Of a stretch of 64,000 bases of DNA, positions 48,313 through 61,612 are shown piece by piece (position 1 is the stretch's first letter; every line of letters starts with the position of its first letter). A model generated the notes under the pieces. It was not told where the DNA came from. It ran no database searches and was given only the letters and a program-made list of their open reading frames with translations. The DNA comes from Macrostomum hystrix (Eukaryota > Animalia > Platyhelminthes). Where the stretch lies: the NCBI GenBank assembly GCA_950097015.1, contig CATNEN010000038.1, forward strand, positions 33,914,001-33,978,000, read 5' to 3'. The translations under genes and the position numbers were made by a program.

Positions 48313-49026
48313 GTGTTGGATAATGCTTTGAATTGACCTATTAATCGGCGAAAGTCGGTTTTTTAAACAGAAATTTATTGTTTGTCTGGTGTAGAATTAA
48401 AGCAAACAAACATCGTAGCAAAGGACGCGAATTGAGAGTTCAGATAAAAAATATTTACTTAATGCTTTAAATATTTAAAGAATACAAAATTTATGTAACT
48501 TAACACAATAAAGAAAAACTATAATTGATATTTTACAGATGGAGAGATCGACTAAAAAACTTGTACTTTTAGAGTTCACGGCAGATCTGATGTCACAGCT
48601 TTAGATTTTAGGAGTAACAACTATTTTAACTTATCTTATCCACGAGTACACAATATACCTGTTACTAGTTATGAACCATATCATAACACACAAGAAATGA
48701 TAATTAAATATGCGCTGACGCTAATATAATAAATGAGATCTGAATATAGATACAATTGAACAGTGGAGTAAGGGTGTTTCTCATGCGATGGGTCATTCGA
48801 ATTTATTAAATAATAACGAGGATCAATAATAAATGCACGGAGGAGTAGCTAAGGATTAATATTTGTAGGTTGTATCAATGCGGGTCAATAGATTGACTGT
48901 ACAATATGTAATTAATTTCGTCATTGAAACACAACTCTTAAAATTGTGGAGTCATTGTTAAATTCATCTGGTTAATCCTTGACTCGCGGGGAAATATAAT
49001 AGTGCCACTATTACATTTGTGGGATG

Positions 49027-50885
49027 ATGGGGTCATTTTATAACTCATGGGGTCATTTTATAACTCATGGGGTCATTCTATAACTCATGGGGTCATTCTG
49101 AAACTCATGGGGTCATTTTATAACTCATTGGGTCATTCTGAAACTCATGGGGTCATTCTATAACTCATGGGGTCATTCTATAACTCATGGGGTCATTCTA
49201 TAACTCATGGGGTCATTCTAAAACTCATAGGGTCATTCTTTATCTCATGGGGTCATTCTATAACTCATGGGGTCATTCTGAAACTCATGGGGTCATTCTA
49301 TAACTCATGGGGTCATTCTAAAACTCATGGGGTCATTCTATAACTCATTGGGTCATTCTGAAACTCATGGGGTCATTCTATAACTCATGGGGTCATTCTA
49401 TAACTCATGGGGTCATTCTATAACTCATGGGGTCATTCTATAACTCATGGGGTCATTCTGAAACTCATGGGGTCATTCTAAAACTCATAGGGTCATTCTT
49501 TATCTCATGGGGTCATTCTATAACTCATGGGGTCATTCTGAAACTCATGGGGTCATTCTAAAACTCATAGGGTCATTCTTTATCTCATGGAGTCATTCTA
49601 TAACTCATGGGGTCATTCTGAAACTCATGGGGTCATTCTATAACTCATGGGGTCATTTTATAACTCATTGGGTCATTCTGAAACTCATGGGGTCATTCTA
49701 TAACTCATGGGGTCATTCTAAAACTCATAGGGTCATTCTTTATCTCATGGGGTCATTCTATAACTCATGGGGTCATTCTATAACTCATGGGGTCATTCTA
49801 AAACTCATAGGGTCATTCTTTATCTCATGGGGTCATTCTATAACTCATGGGGTCATTCTATAACTAACTCATGGGGTCATTCTATAACTCATGGGGTCAT
49901 TCTATAACTCATGGGGTCATTCTAAAACTCATAGGGTCATTCTTTATCTCATGGGGTCATTCTATAACTCATGGGGTCATTCTATAACTCATTTAGTCAT
50001 TCTATAACTCATGGGGTCATTCTATAACTCATGGGGTCATTCTATAACTCATGGGGTCATTCTGAAACTCATGCGGTCATTCTATAACTCATTTAGTCAT
50101 TCTATAACTCATGGGGTCATTCTATAACTCATGGGGTCATTCTGAAACTCATGCGGTCATTCTATAACTCATGGGGTCATTCTATAACTCATGGGGTCAT
50201 TCTAAAACTCATAGGGTCATTCTTTATCTCATGAGGTCATTCTATAACTCATGGGGTCATTCTGAAACTCATGCGGTCATTCTATAACTCATTTAGTCAT
50301 TCTATAACTCATGGGGTCATTCTATAACTCATGGGGTCATTCTGAAACTCATGGGGTCATTCTATAACTCATGGGGTCATTCTATAACTCATGGGGTCAT
50401 TCTGAAACTCATGTGGTCATTCTATAACTCATGGGGTCATTCTATAACTCATGGGGTCATTCTGAAACTCATGGGGTCATTCTATAACTCATGGGGTCAT
50501 TCTATAACTCATGGGGTCATTCTATAACTCATGGGGTCATTCTATAACTCATGGGGTCATTCTATAACTCATGGGGTCATTCTGAAACTCATGTGGTCAT
50601 TCTATAACTCATGGGGTCATTCTATAACTCATGGGGTCATTCTGAAACTCATGTCGTCATTCTATAACTCATGGGGTCATTCTATAACTCATGGGGTCAT
50701 TCTATAACTCATGGGGTCATTCTATAACTCATGGGGTCATTCTGAAACTCATGGGGTCATTCTATAACTCATGGGGTCATTCTAAAACTCATAGGGTCAT
50801 TCTTTATCTCATGGGGTCATTCTATAACTCATGGGGTTATTCTATAACTCATGGGGTAATTCTAAAACTCATAGGGTCATTCTGA
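49027..50885. repeat. 20-bp minisatellite (TAACTCATGGGGTCATTCTA), about 90 copies
   Basis: Tandem units; one 4-bp phase slip near 49861. Confidence 0.98.
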
Positions 50886-51312
50886 ATAAGTTGACCTTCA
50901 GAATGAAGTTTTTGTGAAAAACTAATTATCACGTAATTAGTGTCACGCCGTTTGTTTCATTTTAGAAGTCGACATCGGTAATTAAATATGAACATAGCTT
51001 GTTGAATCAGTACAATGACCAGTAAAAAAATAATACTATGAAATATTACTTAACAGGACAGTAGCACACAGAGTATTGTATTCTAGTTTTGCATGGGATT
51101 TCGCATATTAAAAACTGTCACAAACAACAGACCAAAAGAAAAAGAAGCGAGGCGGCGCCCAGGAACGATTGAATTTCAGCTATCAAAATACGTTAGAATC
51201 AATTAATTGATTTAAAATGGCCGATTGGGTTAAACTATTATTGATTATATAATTTTAATACCAATTAGCAGGTTAATGTTTCATTTCTAGTGTAATAATC
51301 TAGCTAGAAGTG

Positions 51313-51767
51313 TCAAGGCTTTCCGCGTTCAACTATTCGCATAGCGAACACGCCAATACGAAGATCGTTAATACTAGTTGCAGCCGGATCGCGGACGCTG
51401 CTTTGATGCTTCGCCAGTCGCTGACTAGACCGGCGATAGCGCGCGAATGTCAACTGCAATCGGTTCTCGCCTTCGACGCAACCGTTCAAACCAACTAGGA
51501 ATTGGTCGCCATTTACTGACAGAGATAATTGGCGTTGGCCATTGAGAAACACACCGGTCACGTGACATGGACCGTCGGCTAGCCAGCAGTGCAAACTCAA
51601 CGGCTGGTCGGCCGTGACAGAAGTGTGCTGCAACTGACGCTGATGATGACTGTTAGTCAGGAGTTGTGATTTGGGCTGCTGGCAGCAGTGGATGAGAGCC
51701 AGGGCATGGCCTGGACTAGCGGCTTCGTCGGCTGGCAGTTGAAAGGTCATAGACCAGGTGCGATTGG
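51313..51767 (-). CDS. MPHOSPH8: MPP8-like protein, exon 4 (C-terminal beta-rich domain)
   Basis: GPCHVTGVFLNG...GENRLQL...IGVFAMRIV resembles the MPP8 C-terminus; acceptor ctgcag| phase 1. Confidence 0.8.
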
Positions 51768-51957
51768 CTGCAGAAGTTTCAAGGAGGTTCTGTCAAGCTA
51801 GAGATAGCATAGTGACTAGCGACACAGTGACAACTCTCTAACAACCATATAGAAACAACAGGTTTAATTGCATAGCAACTATTAACTCGGTTAAGATATA
51901 AAGACGATCAACCATATAACAAATTGTAACGAAAAATACGACTTTAAATAATAACTA

Positions 51958-52235
51958 GCAGACGGTTTTACAGCAGTCTAACGCGTTCGCCTCTTGCACC
52001 AAGGTCCCTGAGCTCGATTCCCGGGGTGAGGCCACATTAATTTTGGGCGCAGCAGCGGAGAGAAGACTTGGGGGCTTGTCGTGCAATTTATGCCCTTTGC
52101 GGGCCAGTGAGAGTGTGCACTGCCTGACGATGAGAAAGTCAGCGCAGATGTACACACATGTGAGTGTGTGCTCAGGAGTCAGCGAAATGGGCAGAATTGC
52201 CTCCTCGCTGGCTGAAGGTCTAGTGTCAACAAATG
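51958..52235 (+). mobile_element. tRNA-derived SINE family B, copy 3 (in MPP8-like intron 3)
   Basis: Colinear with 25612-25882. Confidence 0.8.
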
Positions 52236-52328
52236 ATGTACCTGTGCCTACAGCCCAATTGCAATTGTTATTGTAATTTATTATTGACCTAGCAACCGCA
52301 TAGCAACAAAAACAGCCGCGAAACTCAC

Positions 52329-52788
52329 CGCTAGGCCCGCCCGTGTCAGCGGTTTCTGATGCACCGGGTCTCACATATTGGGGTGCAAACAGCAGAGCTG
52401 CCGGGTCGAACCCCAGCCGGCCCAGGTGATCAGTCACCAGGTCGTGCATCGATCGGCACAGCTGGCCTACGTAGCGCTGTAGAATGGCCGCACTCTGCGG
52501 ACAGGCGCGTCTGGCGAACTTTAACGGCGTCAAACCGTCGCACGTGTCGGAGCCGAAATTCGCGCCGCCGCGAGAGCAGAGGGCGTCAACTAAAATTGGT
52601 CGACGATTTCTAATGGCGCGATGCAAAGCCGAGCTAGAGCTGGCGCCGCTGGCGCCGGCGAAGTCAGGATTGGCCCCAGCTGACAGAAGACGGTGCACGG
52701 TTGCTAGGGAGTCGCAGTCGACGGCCAGCATTAGAGGAGTGGCGGCGCCAAACGACGGGTCAGGGGAGAGAAAATTTACGTCGAGATT
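52329..52788 (-). CDS. MPHOSPH8: MPP8-like protein, exon 3 (ankyrin repeats)
   Basis: TPLMLAV...VHRLLSAGANPD, SALHRAI and GLTPLKFA; acceptor ccgcag| phase 0, donor GTGAGT phase 1. Confidence 0.88.
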
Positions 52789-52855
52789 CTGCGGGAATGG
52801 TTGAGGTTTGGGAGGAAAATTAGTGATTCACGGGGACTGCTTGAGGAATATTGAA

Positions 52856-54040
52856 AGTGAGTGAGTGAGTGAGTAAGTGAGTGAGTAAGTGAGTGAGTGG
52901 GTGAGTGAGTGAGTGAGTGAGTGGGTGAGTGAGTGAGTTGGTGAGTGAGTGAGTGAGTGAGTAAGTGAGTGGGTGAGTGAGTAAGTGAGTGAGCTAGTAA
53001 GTGAGTGGGTGAGTGAGTTAGTAAGTGAGTGAGTGTGTGTGTGTGAGCGAGTGAGTGAGTGGGTGAGTGAGTGAGTGAGTTAGTAAGTGAGTGAGTGTGT
53101 GTGTGTGAGCGAGTGAGTGAGTGAGTTGGTGAGTGAGTGAGTGAGTGAGTGAGTAAGTGAGTGGGTGAGTGAGTAGGTGAGTGAGCTAGTAAGTGAGTGA
53201 GTGAGTGGGTGAGTGAGTAAGTGAGTGAGTGAGTGAGTGAGTGAGTGAGTAAGTGAGTGAGTGAGTAAGTAAGTGAGTGAGTGAGTAAGTGAGTGAGTGA
53301 GTGAGTAAGTGAGTGAGTGAGTGAGTGAGTGAGTAAGTGAGTGAGTGGGTGAGTGAGTGAGTGAGTGAGTGGGTGAGTGAGTGAGTTGGTGAGTGAGTGA
53401 GTGAGTGAGTAAGTGAGTGGGTGAGTGAGTAAGTGAGTGAGCTAGTAAGTGAGTGGGTGAGTGAGTTAGTAAGTGAGTGAGTGTGTGTGTGTGAGCGAGT
53501 GAGTGAGTGGGTGAGTGAGTGAGTGCGTTAGTAAGTGAGTGAGTGTGTGTGTGTGAGCGAGTGAGTGAGTGAGTTGGTGAGTGAGTGAGTGAGTGAGTGA
53601 GTAAGTGAGTGGGTGAGTGAGTAGGTGAGTGAGCTAGTAAGTGAGTGAGTGAGTGGGTGAGTGAGTAAGTGAGTGAGTGAGTGAGTGAGTGAGTGAGTAA
53701 GTGAGTGAGTGAGTGAGTAAGTAAGTGAGTGAGTGAGTAAGTGAGTGAGTGAGTAAGTGAGTGAGTGAGTGAGTGAGTGAATAAGTGAGTGAGTGGGTGA
53801 GTGAGTGAGTGAGTGAGTGAGTAAGTGAGTGAGTGAGTGAGTAAGTAAGTGAGTGAGTGAGTAAGTGAGTGAGTGAGTGAGTAAGTGAGTGAGTGAGTGA
53901 GTGAGTGAGTAAGTGAGTGAGTGGGTGAGTGAGTGAGTGAGTGAGTGAGTGAGTGAGTGAGTGAGTGAGTAAGTGAGTAAGTGAGTGAGTGAGTGAGTGA
54001 GTGAGTGAGTGAGTGAGTAAGTGAGTGAGTGGGTGAGTGA
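52856..54040. repeat. (GAGT)n microsatellite with GTAAGT/GGGT variants in MPP8-like intron 2
   Basis: Read directly. Confidence 0.98.
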
Positions 54041-54136
54041 TATAGGATGTACAGTCTAGCATTTTGATCTGGCTTGATGGCATCGATGAGCCTTAAGAGA
54101 ATAAATGAGTGAGTAAGTGAGCTCATGTTGACCAAC

Positions 54137-55376
54137 CTGTCCGCGGCAAAACAGCGGCGCCTTATTCAACAGCAGGTCAACCAGGCGAGCGTGGCCTCGA
54201 CTAGCCGCGAGACAGAGTAGCCGCTGGATGCTATCAGGCGTCAGCCTCTCCGCAGCCGAGGATGCTGCCGCAGTTGTAGATGACAACAGTTTAGAGCTGG
54301 CCGAATTCAGCCTAGTGCCGAGCAGAGTTAAAGTGCGCTGCACAGCCGGCCAGTCGCCGCGTTCAACGGCCTGGCACAGCGCCGTCCAGCCAAGCGGCGC
54401 CGCAGTCTGCTTGTGCCGCCTCTGCAAGACGATCGATGACGCAATGCGACTTGATTCGCCGGCAAGGTGAGCTCGAAGAAGCTCCACCTGGCTAGACACT
54501 CCGCCTTCAATACTGACTGAAGATGCGTCGTCATCGGGCCGGGCGCCATAGTCGGAGTTATCGCAGAACTCGTTGTCACTTTCAAAATCTTCTTCTTCTT
54601 CTTCTTCAAGATCTTCACCTTCAAAATGATTTAGATTCTCTTCATCGTCAGTGTCGGCATAGTCTGCTTTGGCAGTCTTCCGCTTCTGTTTTTCCCGCTG
54701 TAGCAGCTGCTGCTTCTGTTCCGGCCTATGCTCGCGAGTCAAATGGCGATGAAACCGTTGCCTCTTAGCTGATAATAGCAGATCGTTAAGTAAAGATTTC
54801 TGGTGCCTTTGTTGCTGCTGCAGCTGCTGCTGTTGCTGATTCTTCGGCGGCGTAACCGGACAACCTGAATCGCAGCTTGAGGCTGAATTATTGGCCATTG
54901 GCGCCACGGCGGCGGCGGCGGAGGCTGCGGCAGCTTCTGAGGAGCCGCTCAGAACTGTCTGGCCAACAATGCGATTTGGCCGACTCTCGTCCATTTCAAC
55001 AGTGCTGGAGGAGCCGACCGAATTGGCGGCGAAACAGCTGCCAGTATCTGAGTTATTCGATTGGCAATCGTTATCATCGTCGTCAACTTCTTCATCTTCA
55101 ACAGCGACAACCGCTGACGGAGAAGGCTTTTCCAGACTATCCTGATTCGTCACAATCGGCTGATCGTCAATTATTGATTTTTGGTCGGCGATCGACAAAC
55201 TCTGATCGGAGGAAGTTGTGTCAACAGATGTAGCTGTAGCTGCTGAAGAGACGGTGGCAGCGGGGGCGGCGGCGGATGCACAGGCGTCGTCATCGTCTTC
55301 TAAATCTGAGGCAGCGCTCTCGCTGTCGCCATTGGCTCGGCGTCGACATTTGACTCGACTGTAGAGATCGTTGGAG
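54137..55376 (-). CDS. MPHOSPH8: MPP8-like protein, exon 2 (acidic disordered linker, first ankyrin repeats)
   Basis: Open 1240-nt frame; acceptor tttcag| phase 2, donor CAG|GTTGGT phase 0; GWTALCQAVERGD and LLCLAASRGHARLVDLLL. Confidence 0.88.
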
Positions 55377-55487
55377 CTGAAATTACGAATTCGTCTGATT
55401 CTAGTCTCTAGTCTGTCTCGAACAATGAGCCATTAGCCTCCGCTACTTTCAGTTTCTAAACTTCATCTCTTCCGACTTTATAACTTG

Positions 55488-58400
55488 GAGTCTCTAGATT
55501 TGGATACTATTGAGTCTCTAGATTTGAATACTATTGAGTCTCTAGATTTGGATACTATTGAGTCTCTAGATTTGGATACTATTGAGTCTCTAGATTTGGA
55601 TACTATTTAGTCTCTAGATTTGGATACTATTTAGTCTCTAGATTTGGATACTATTGAGTCTCTAGATTTGGATACTATTTAGTCTCTAGATTTGGATACT
55701 ACTGAGTCTCTAGATTTAAATACTATTTAGTCTCTAGATTTGGTTACTATTGAGTCTCTAGATTTGGATACTACTGAGTCTCTAGATTTGGATACTATTT
55801 AGTCTCTAGATTTGGATACTATTTAGTCTCTAGATTTGGATACTATTGAGTCTCTAGATTTGGATACTATTTAGTCTCTAGATTTGGATACTATTTAGTC
55901 TCTAGATTTGGATACTATTTAGTCTCTAGATTTGGATACTATTTAGTCTCTAGATTTGGATACTATTGAGTCTCTAGATTTGGATACTACTGAGTCTCTA
56001 GATTTGGATACTATTTAGTCTCTAGATTTGGATACTATTTAGTCTCTAGATTTGGATACTATTTAGTCTCTAGATTTGGATACTATTTAGTCTCTAGATT
56101 TGGATACTATTTAGTCTCTAGATTTGGATACTACTGAGTCTCTAGATTTGGATACTATTTAGTCTCTAGATTTGGATACTATTTAGTCTCTAGATTTGGA
56201 TACTATTGAGTCTCTAGATTTGGATACTATTTAGTCTCTAGATTTGGATACTATTTAGTCTCTAGATTTGGATACTATTTAGTCTCTAGATTTGGATACT
56301 ATTTAGTCTCTAGATTTGGATACTATTGAGTCTCTAGATTTGGATACTATTTAGTCTCTAGATTTGGATACTACTGAGTCTCTAGATTTAAATACTATTT
56401 AGTCTCTAGATTTGGTTACTATTGAGTCTCTAGATTTGGATACTACTGAGTCTCTAGATTTGGATACTATTTAGTCTCTAGATTTGGATACTATTTAGTC
56501 TCTAGATTTGGATACTACTGAGTCTCTAGATTTGGATACTATTTAGTCTCTAGATTTGGTTACTATTGAGTCTCTAGATTTGGATACTATTGAGTCTCTA
56601 GATTTGGATACTATTGAGTCTCTAGATTTGGATACTATTGAGTCTCTAGATTTGGATACTACTGAGTCTCTAGATTTGGATACTATTGAGTCTCTAGATT
56701 TGGATACTATTGAGTTTCTAGAATTGAATATTACAGAATCTCTATACTTGGATATTATTTAGTCTCTAGATTTGGATACTATTGAGTCTCTAGATTTGGA
56801 TACTACTGAGTCTCTAGATTTGGATACTATTGAGTCTCTAGATTTGGATACTATTGAGTTTCTAGAATTGAATATTACAGAATCTCTATACTTGGATATT
56901 ATTTAGTCTCTAGATTTGGATACTATTGAGTCTCTAGATTTGGATACTATTGAGTTTCTAGAATTGAATATTACAGAATCTCTATACTTGGATATTATTT
57001 AGTCTCTAGATTTGGATACTATTGAATCTCTAGACTTGGATACTATCGAATCTCTATACTTGGATATTTAGTCTCTAGATTTGGATACTATTGAGTCTCT
57101 AGATTTGGATACTATTGAGTCTCTAGATTTGGATACTATTGAGTTTCTAGGATTGAATATTATTGAATCTCTAGACTTGGATACTATTGAATCTCTATAC
57201 TTGGATATTATTTAGTCTCTAGATTTGGATACTATTGAGTCTCTAGATTTGGATACTACTGATTCTCTAGATTTGAATACTATTTAGTCTCTAGATTTGG
57301 ATACTATTGAGTCTCTAGATTTGGATACTATTGAGTCTCTAGATTTGGATACTATTGAGTTTCTAGGATTGAATATTATTGAATCTCTAGACTTGGATAC
57401 TATTGAATCTCTATACTTGGATATTATTTAGTCTCTAGATTTGGATACTATTGAGTCTCTAGATTTGGATACTACTGATTCTCTAGATTTGAATACTATT
57501 GAGTTTCTAGAATTGAATATTATTGAATCTCTAGACTTGGATACTATTGAATCTCTATACTTGGATATTATTTAGTCTCTAGATTTGGATACTATTGAGT
57601 TTCTAGGATTGAATATTATTGAATCTCTAGACTTGGATACTATTGAATCTCTATACTTGGATATTATTTAGTCTCTAGATTTGGATACTATTGAGTCTCT
57701 AGATTTGGATACTACTGATTCTCTAGATTTGAATACTATTGAGTTTCTAGAATTGAATATTATTGAATCTCTAGACTTGGATATTATTGAATCTCTAGAC
57801 TGGAATACTATTGAGTCTCTAGATTTGGATACTATTGAGTTTCTAGAATTGAATATTATTGAATCTCTAGACTTGGATACTATTGAATCTCTATACTTGG
57901 ATACTATTTAGTCTCTAGATTTGGATACTATTGAGTCTCTAGATTTGGATACTATTTAGTCTCTAGATTTGGATACTACTGAGTCTCTAGATTTAAATAC
58001 TATTTAGTCTCTAGATTTGGTTACTATTGAGTCTCTAGATTTGGATACTACTGAGTCTCTAGATTTGGATACTATTGAGTCTCTAGATTTGGATACTATT
58101 TAGTCTCTAGATTTGGATACTACTGAGTCTCTAGATTTGGATACTATTTAGTCTCTAGATTTGGTTACTATTGAGTCTCTAGATTTGGATACTATTGAGT
58201 CTCTAGATTTGGATACTATTGAGTCTCTAGATTTGGATACTATTGAGTCTCTAGATTTGGATACTACTGAGTCTCTAGATTTGGATACTATTGAGTCTCT
58301 AGATTTGGATACTATTGAGTTTCTAGAATTGAATATTACAGAATCTCTATACTTGGATATTATTTAGTCTCTAGATTTGGATACTATTGAGTCTCTAGAT

Positions 58401-58780
58401 TTGGATACTATTGAGTCTCTAGATTTGGATACTATTGAGTTTCTAGAATTGAATATTATTGAATCTCTAGACTTGGATACTATTGAATCTCTATACTTGG
58501 ATATTATTTAGTCTCTAGATTTGGATACTATTGAGTCTCTAGATTTGGATACTATTGAGTTTCTAGAATTGGATACTATTGAATCTCTAGACTTGGATAT
58601 TATTGAGTCTCTAGACTGGGATACTATTGAGTCACTAGATTTTACTACTGTTGAGTCTCTAGACTGGGATACTATTGAGTCACTAGATTTTACTACTGTT
58701 GAGTCTCTAGACTGGGATACTATTGAGTCACTAGATTTTACTACTGTTGAGTCGCTAGACTTGGCTAGTTATGAATCTCT
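55488..58780. repeat. 24-bp minisatellite (AGTCTCTAGATTTGGATACTATTG), about 135 copies, in MPP8-like intron 1
   Basis: Tandem units read directly; most carry TCTAGA. Confidence 0.98.
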
Positions 58781-58878
58781 AGTCTCTACTATTCTAGTTC
58801 TAGTTTAGTCTTTGCCGCTTTGTTTTAAGTGACCCTTAAGTGAACTTAAAGCAGAACATAAGTTGTATAGCAACTCAC

Positions 58879-59456
58879 CCAATATCAATTCTGCCGGCTT
58901 CCAAATCATTATAAAACTTTGTCTTGGAAGCTACCAGTTCGCTAGCCGGCACAACGTCCCAGCGTCGACTGGCGTTTCGCTTTCTATTATTGTTACTACT
59001 GCTAGTAGTAGCTGTAGAAGTAGTACTAATCGCGTTGCTGGCAGTAGCTACTGATCCAACAGTCGAGGCTACAATAGTTGCAGTCGATTTACTAGTCGCT
59101 GCACTAGCTGCGGTGCTACTAATAATACTAGTACTATTAGTAGTATTAGTAGCAGAACTAGAAGGACCTCGTCTGCGAAATTCCTGCACCATATCGGCTA
59201 CAGCAGTTAAATTAGTCTCGGGCTCCCAGGTGTCACTAGTAGGTGGAAAATTTTTCCAACGCACTTTAAAATGAGCCACGCCGTTTTCAGATTTCTCAGC
59301 TAGTAATTTTCCGACAGAAAATATTTGCTGTTGCTGCTGCTGCTGTTGCTGTCCGTTTTGCGATCTCTCGCTGCCGCTAAGTGGACCAGGACTAATTAAA
59401 GTAGAAGCCGCATCGTGACTATTCAGTCGTCTAGCGCTAGCACCGCAGCTCTCCAT
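58879..59456 (-). CDS. MPHOSPH8: MPP8-like protein, exon 1 (chromodomain); four-exon model, about 910 aa
   Basis: FSVGKLL......FKVRWKNFPPTSDTWEPETNL chromodomain; donor GTGAGT at 58878, phase 2, joins exon 2 in frame. Confidence 0.88.
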
Positions 59457-59723
59457 ATTGCCATAGAATATTAGATAGAAAACTAATTACAGTGGCAAAA
59501 TAAAAGGACTTTAATTTTCTGTCTCGTGCCTTTCAGACACAGAACTTTTTTTGATAATCAAATAATTAAATTGTGCACATTGAATGCGTGGAAAATGACA
59601 ATGTTGTCAAAATGATTGATTAGGTAGTAACTGTCTTCTCTCAGTAGGATTTGGCTGAAATAGGAAAGCGAAATAGAAAACGAAATAGTAACGAAATAGA
59701 AATTCGCTACCTGAGGATCATGA

Positions 59724-60545
59724 GCTACCCCAGGGTCATAACTACCCCAGGGTCATTTGGCTACCCCAGGGTCATTTGGCTACGCCAGGGTCATTTGGCT
59801 ACCCCAGGGTCATTTGGCTACGCCAGGGTCATTTGGCTACCCCAGGGTCATTTGGCTACGCCAGGGTCATTTGGCTACCCCAGGGTCATTTGGCTACGCC
59901 AGGGTCATTTGGCTACCCCAGGGTCATTTGGCTACCCCAGGGTCATTTGGCTACGCCAGGGTCATTTGGCTACCCCAGGGTCATTTGGCTACGCCAGGGT
60001 CATTTGGCTACCCCAGGGTCATTTGGCTACGCCAGGGTCATTTGGCTACCCCAGGGTCATTTGGCTACCCCAGGGTCATTTGGCTACGCCAGGGTCATTT
60101 GGCTACGCCAGGGTCATTTGGCTACCCCAGGGTCATTTGGCTACCCCAGGGTCATTTGGCTACCCCAGGGTCATTTGGCTACGCCAGGGTCATTTGGCTA
60201 CCCCAGGGTCATTTGGCTACCCCAGGGTCATTTGGCTACCCCAGGGTCATTTGGCTACGCCAGGGTCATTTGGCTACCCCAGGTTCATTTGGCTACCCCA
60301 GGGTCATTAGGCTACCCCAGGGTCATTTGGCTACCCCAGGGTCATTTGGCTACCCCAGGGTCATTTGGCTACCCCAGGGTCATTTGGCTACGCCAGGGTC
60401 ATTTGGCTACCCCAGGGTCATTTGGCTACCCCAGGGTCATTTGGCTACCCCAGGATCATTTGGCTACCCCAGGGTCATTTGGCTACCCCAGGGTCATTAG
60501 GCTACCCCAGGGTCATTAGGCTACCCCAGGGTCATTTAGCTACCC
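59724..60545. repeat. 19-bp minisatellite (GCTACCCCAGGGTCATTTG)
   Basis: Tandem units read directly. Confidence 0.97.
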
Positions 60546-61612
60546 TAGTGTTATTTGCTACTTGTCGGTCATTCTGTACTTACAGTTTCGATTAAATGAA
60601 TTAATATAAAAAACACAGAAACAGAATTAAAAAATAAGAAATACTCGTACAAAAGACAAACCGAAATTTTTACTACTACTAACAAAAAACTTGCAAGCAA
60701 AATTTAATTAGCATGCGACGCACTAATTAAAAAATAAACCGGCACCAATGTTACTTGCGAATTTTAAAACTAATATTGCAAAGGGTGCAAAATTTTTTTA
60801 ACTAACATATTGTCTCATAATAAGTGAAATCTCCAAATTTATTTATCACAGTATTGAAGCTTGAACTATCAAAATCACAAGAACTATTATTAGTAACTGT
60901 TAGTACTTGTCGTGCAATTAACGACCGGATTTCATGACCCAATTAATAATTTTTCTTTGCAATGGTACCCAAAATATTGTTGCTGTTTTTTAGAACGATT
61001 TTAATGTAAAATAATAATAAAACAAAATGATTTATGACTGATCAAAAAAAAATCAGGAGAAAGAAAATTATTAACAATAAATAAACGAACCTGAGAAATA
61101 GATATAATTACACTTAACCCATAAAAACTAAAGCCAATGGTCTAAAACAATGGCTACAAATCAAGCATTCGAATCAGTTTAGTTTTTTTCCAAAAAAAAA
61201 AAATAATAATAATCTAGCGATTCTAGCCTATATTGATCAGCCTTACAAAGGCAAACAGGAAGCAGAAAAAATCGTATTGCAATAAAGCTATATGACGTTA
61301 AAAGAGCGACAATTTTTACTGAGTGAGTGCAGGGTAGCAAATTATTTTTAATTACTGGGCGCGAGCGTATAACATATCGCTGACTATAATTGTTTTTGAC
61401 AATCAAAATAGCAGAATTCGATAATTGATAAAATTGATGAATTTCTTAATAATACTTTTGTAGATTCAAAGCTCGGGGAGTGAATTTAACTCCTAACTAT
61501 GCAGTTCAGTAAATCTACGAGCTACTAGGATTCTTGAAGCTTGCAAAAAGACCAATTTAATTAGTTCTAAAACAAGATGACTCACTATTTCTCATTTTCA
61601 CAGGTCTCTTGT

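Noticed and set aside
51955-52328. C-terminal part of the 258-aa ankyrin ORF
   Set aside because: Intron read-through into an antisense SINE B copy after the GTGAGT donor at 52328.
53080-54135. (THSL)n ORFs
   Set aside because: Translation of the (ACTC)n microsatellite.
59651-60595. ATPGSFGYPRVIWL ORFs in three frames
   Set aside because: Translation of the 19-bp satellite.
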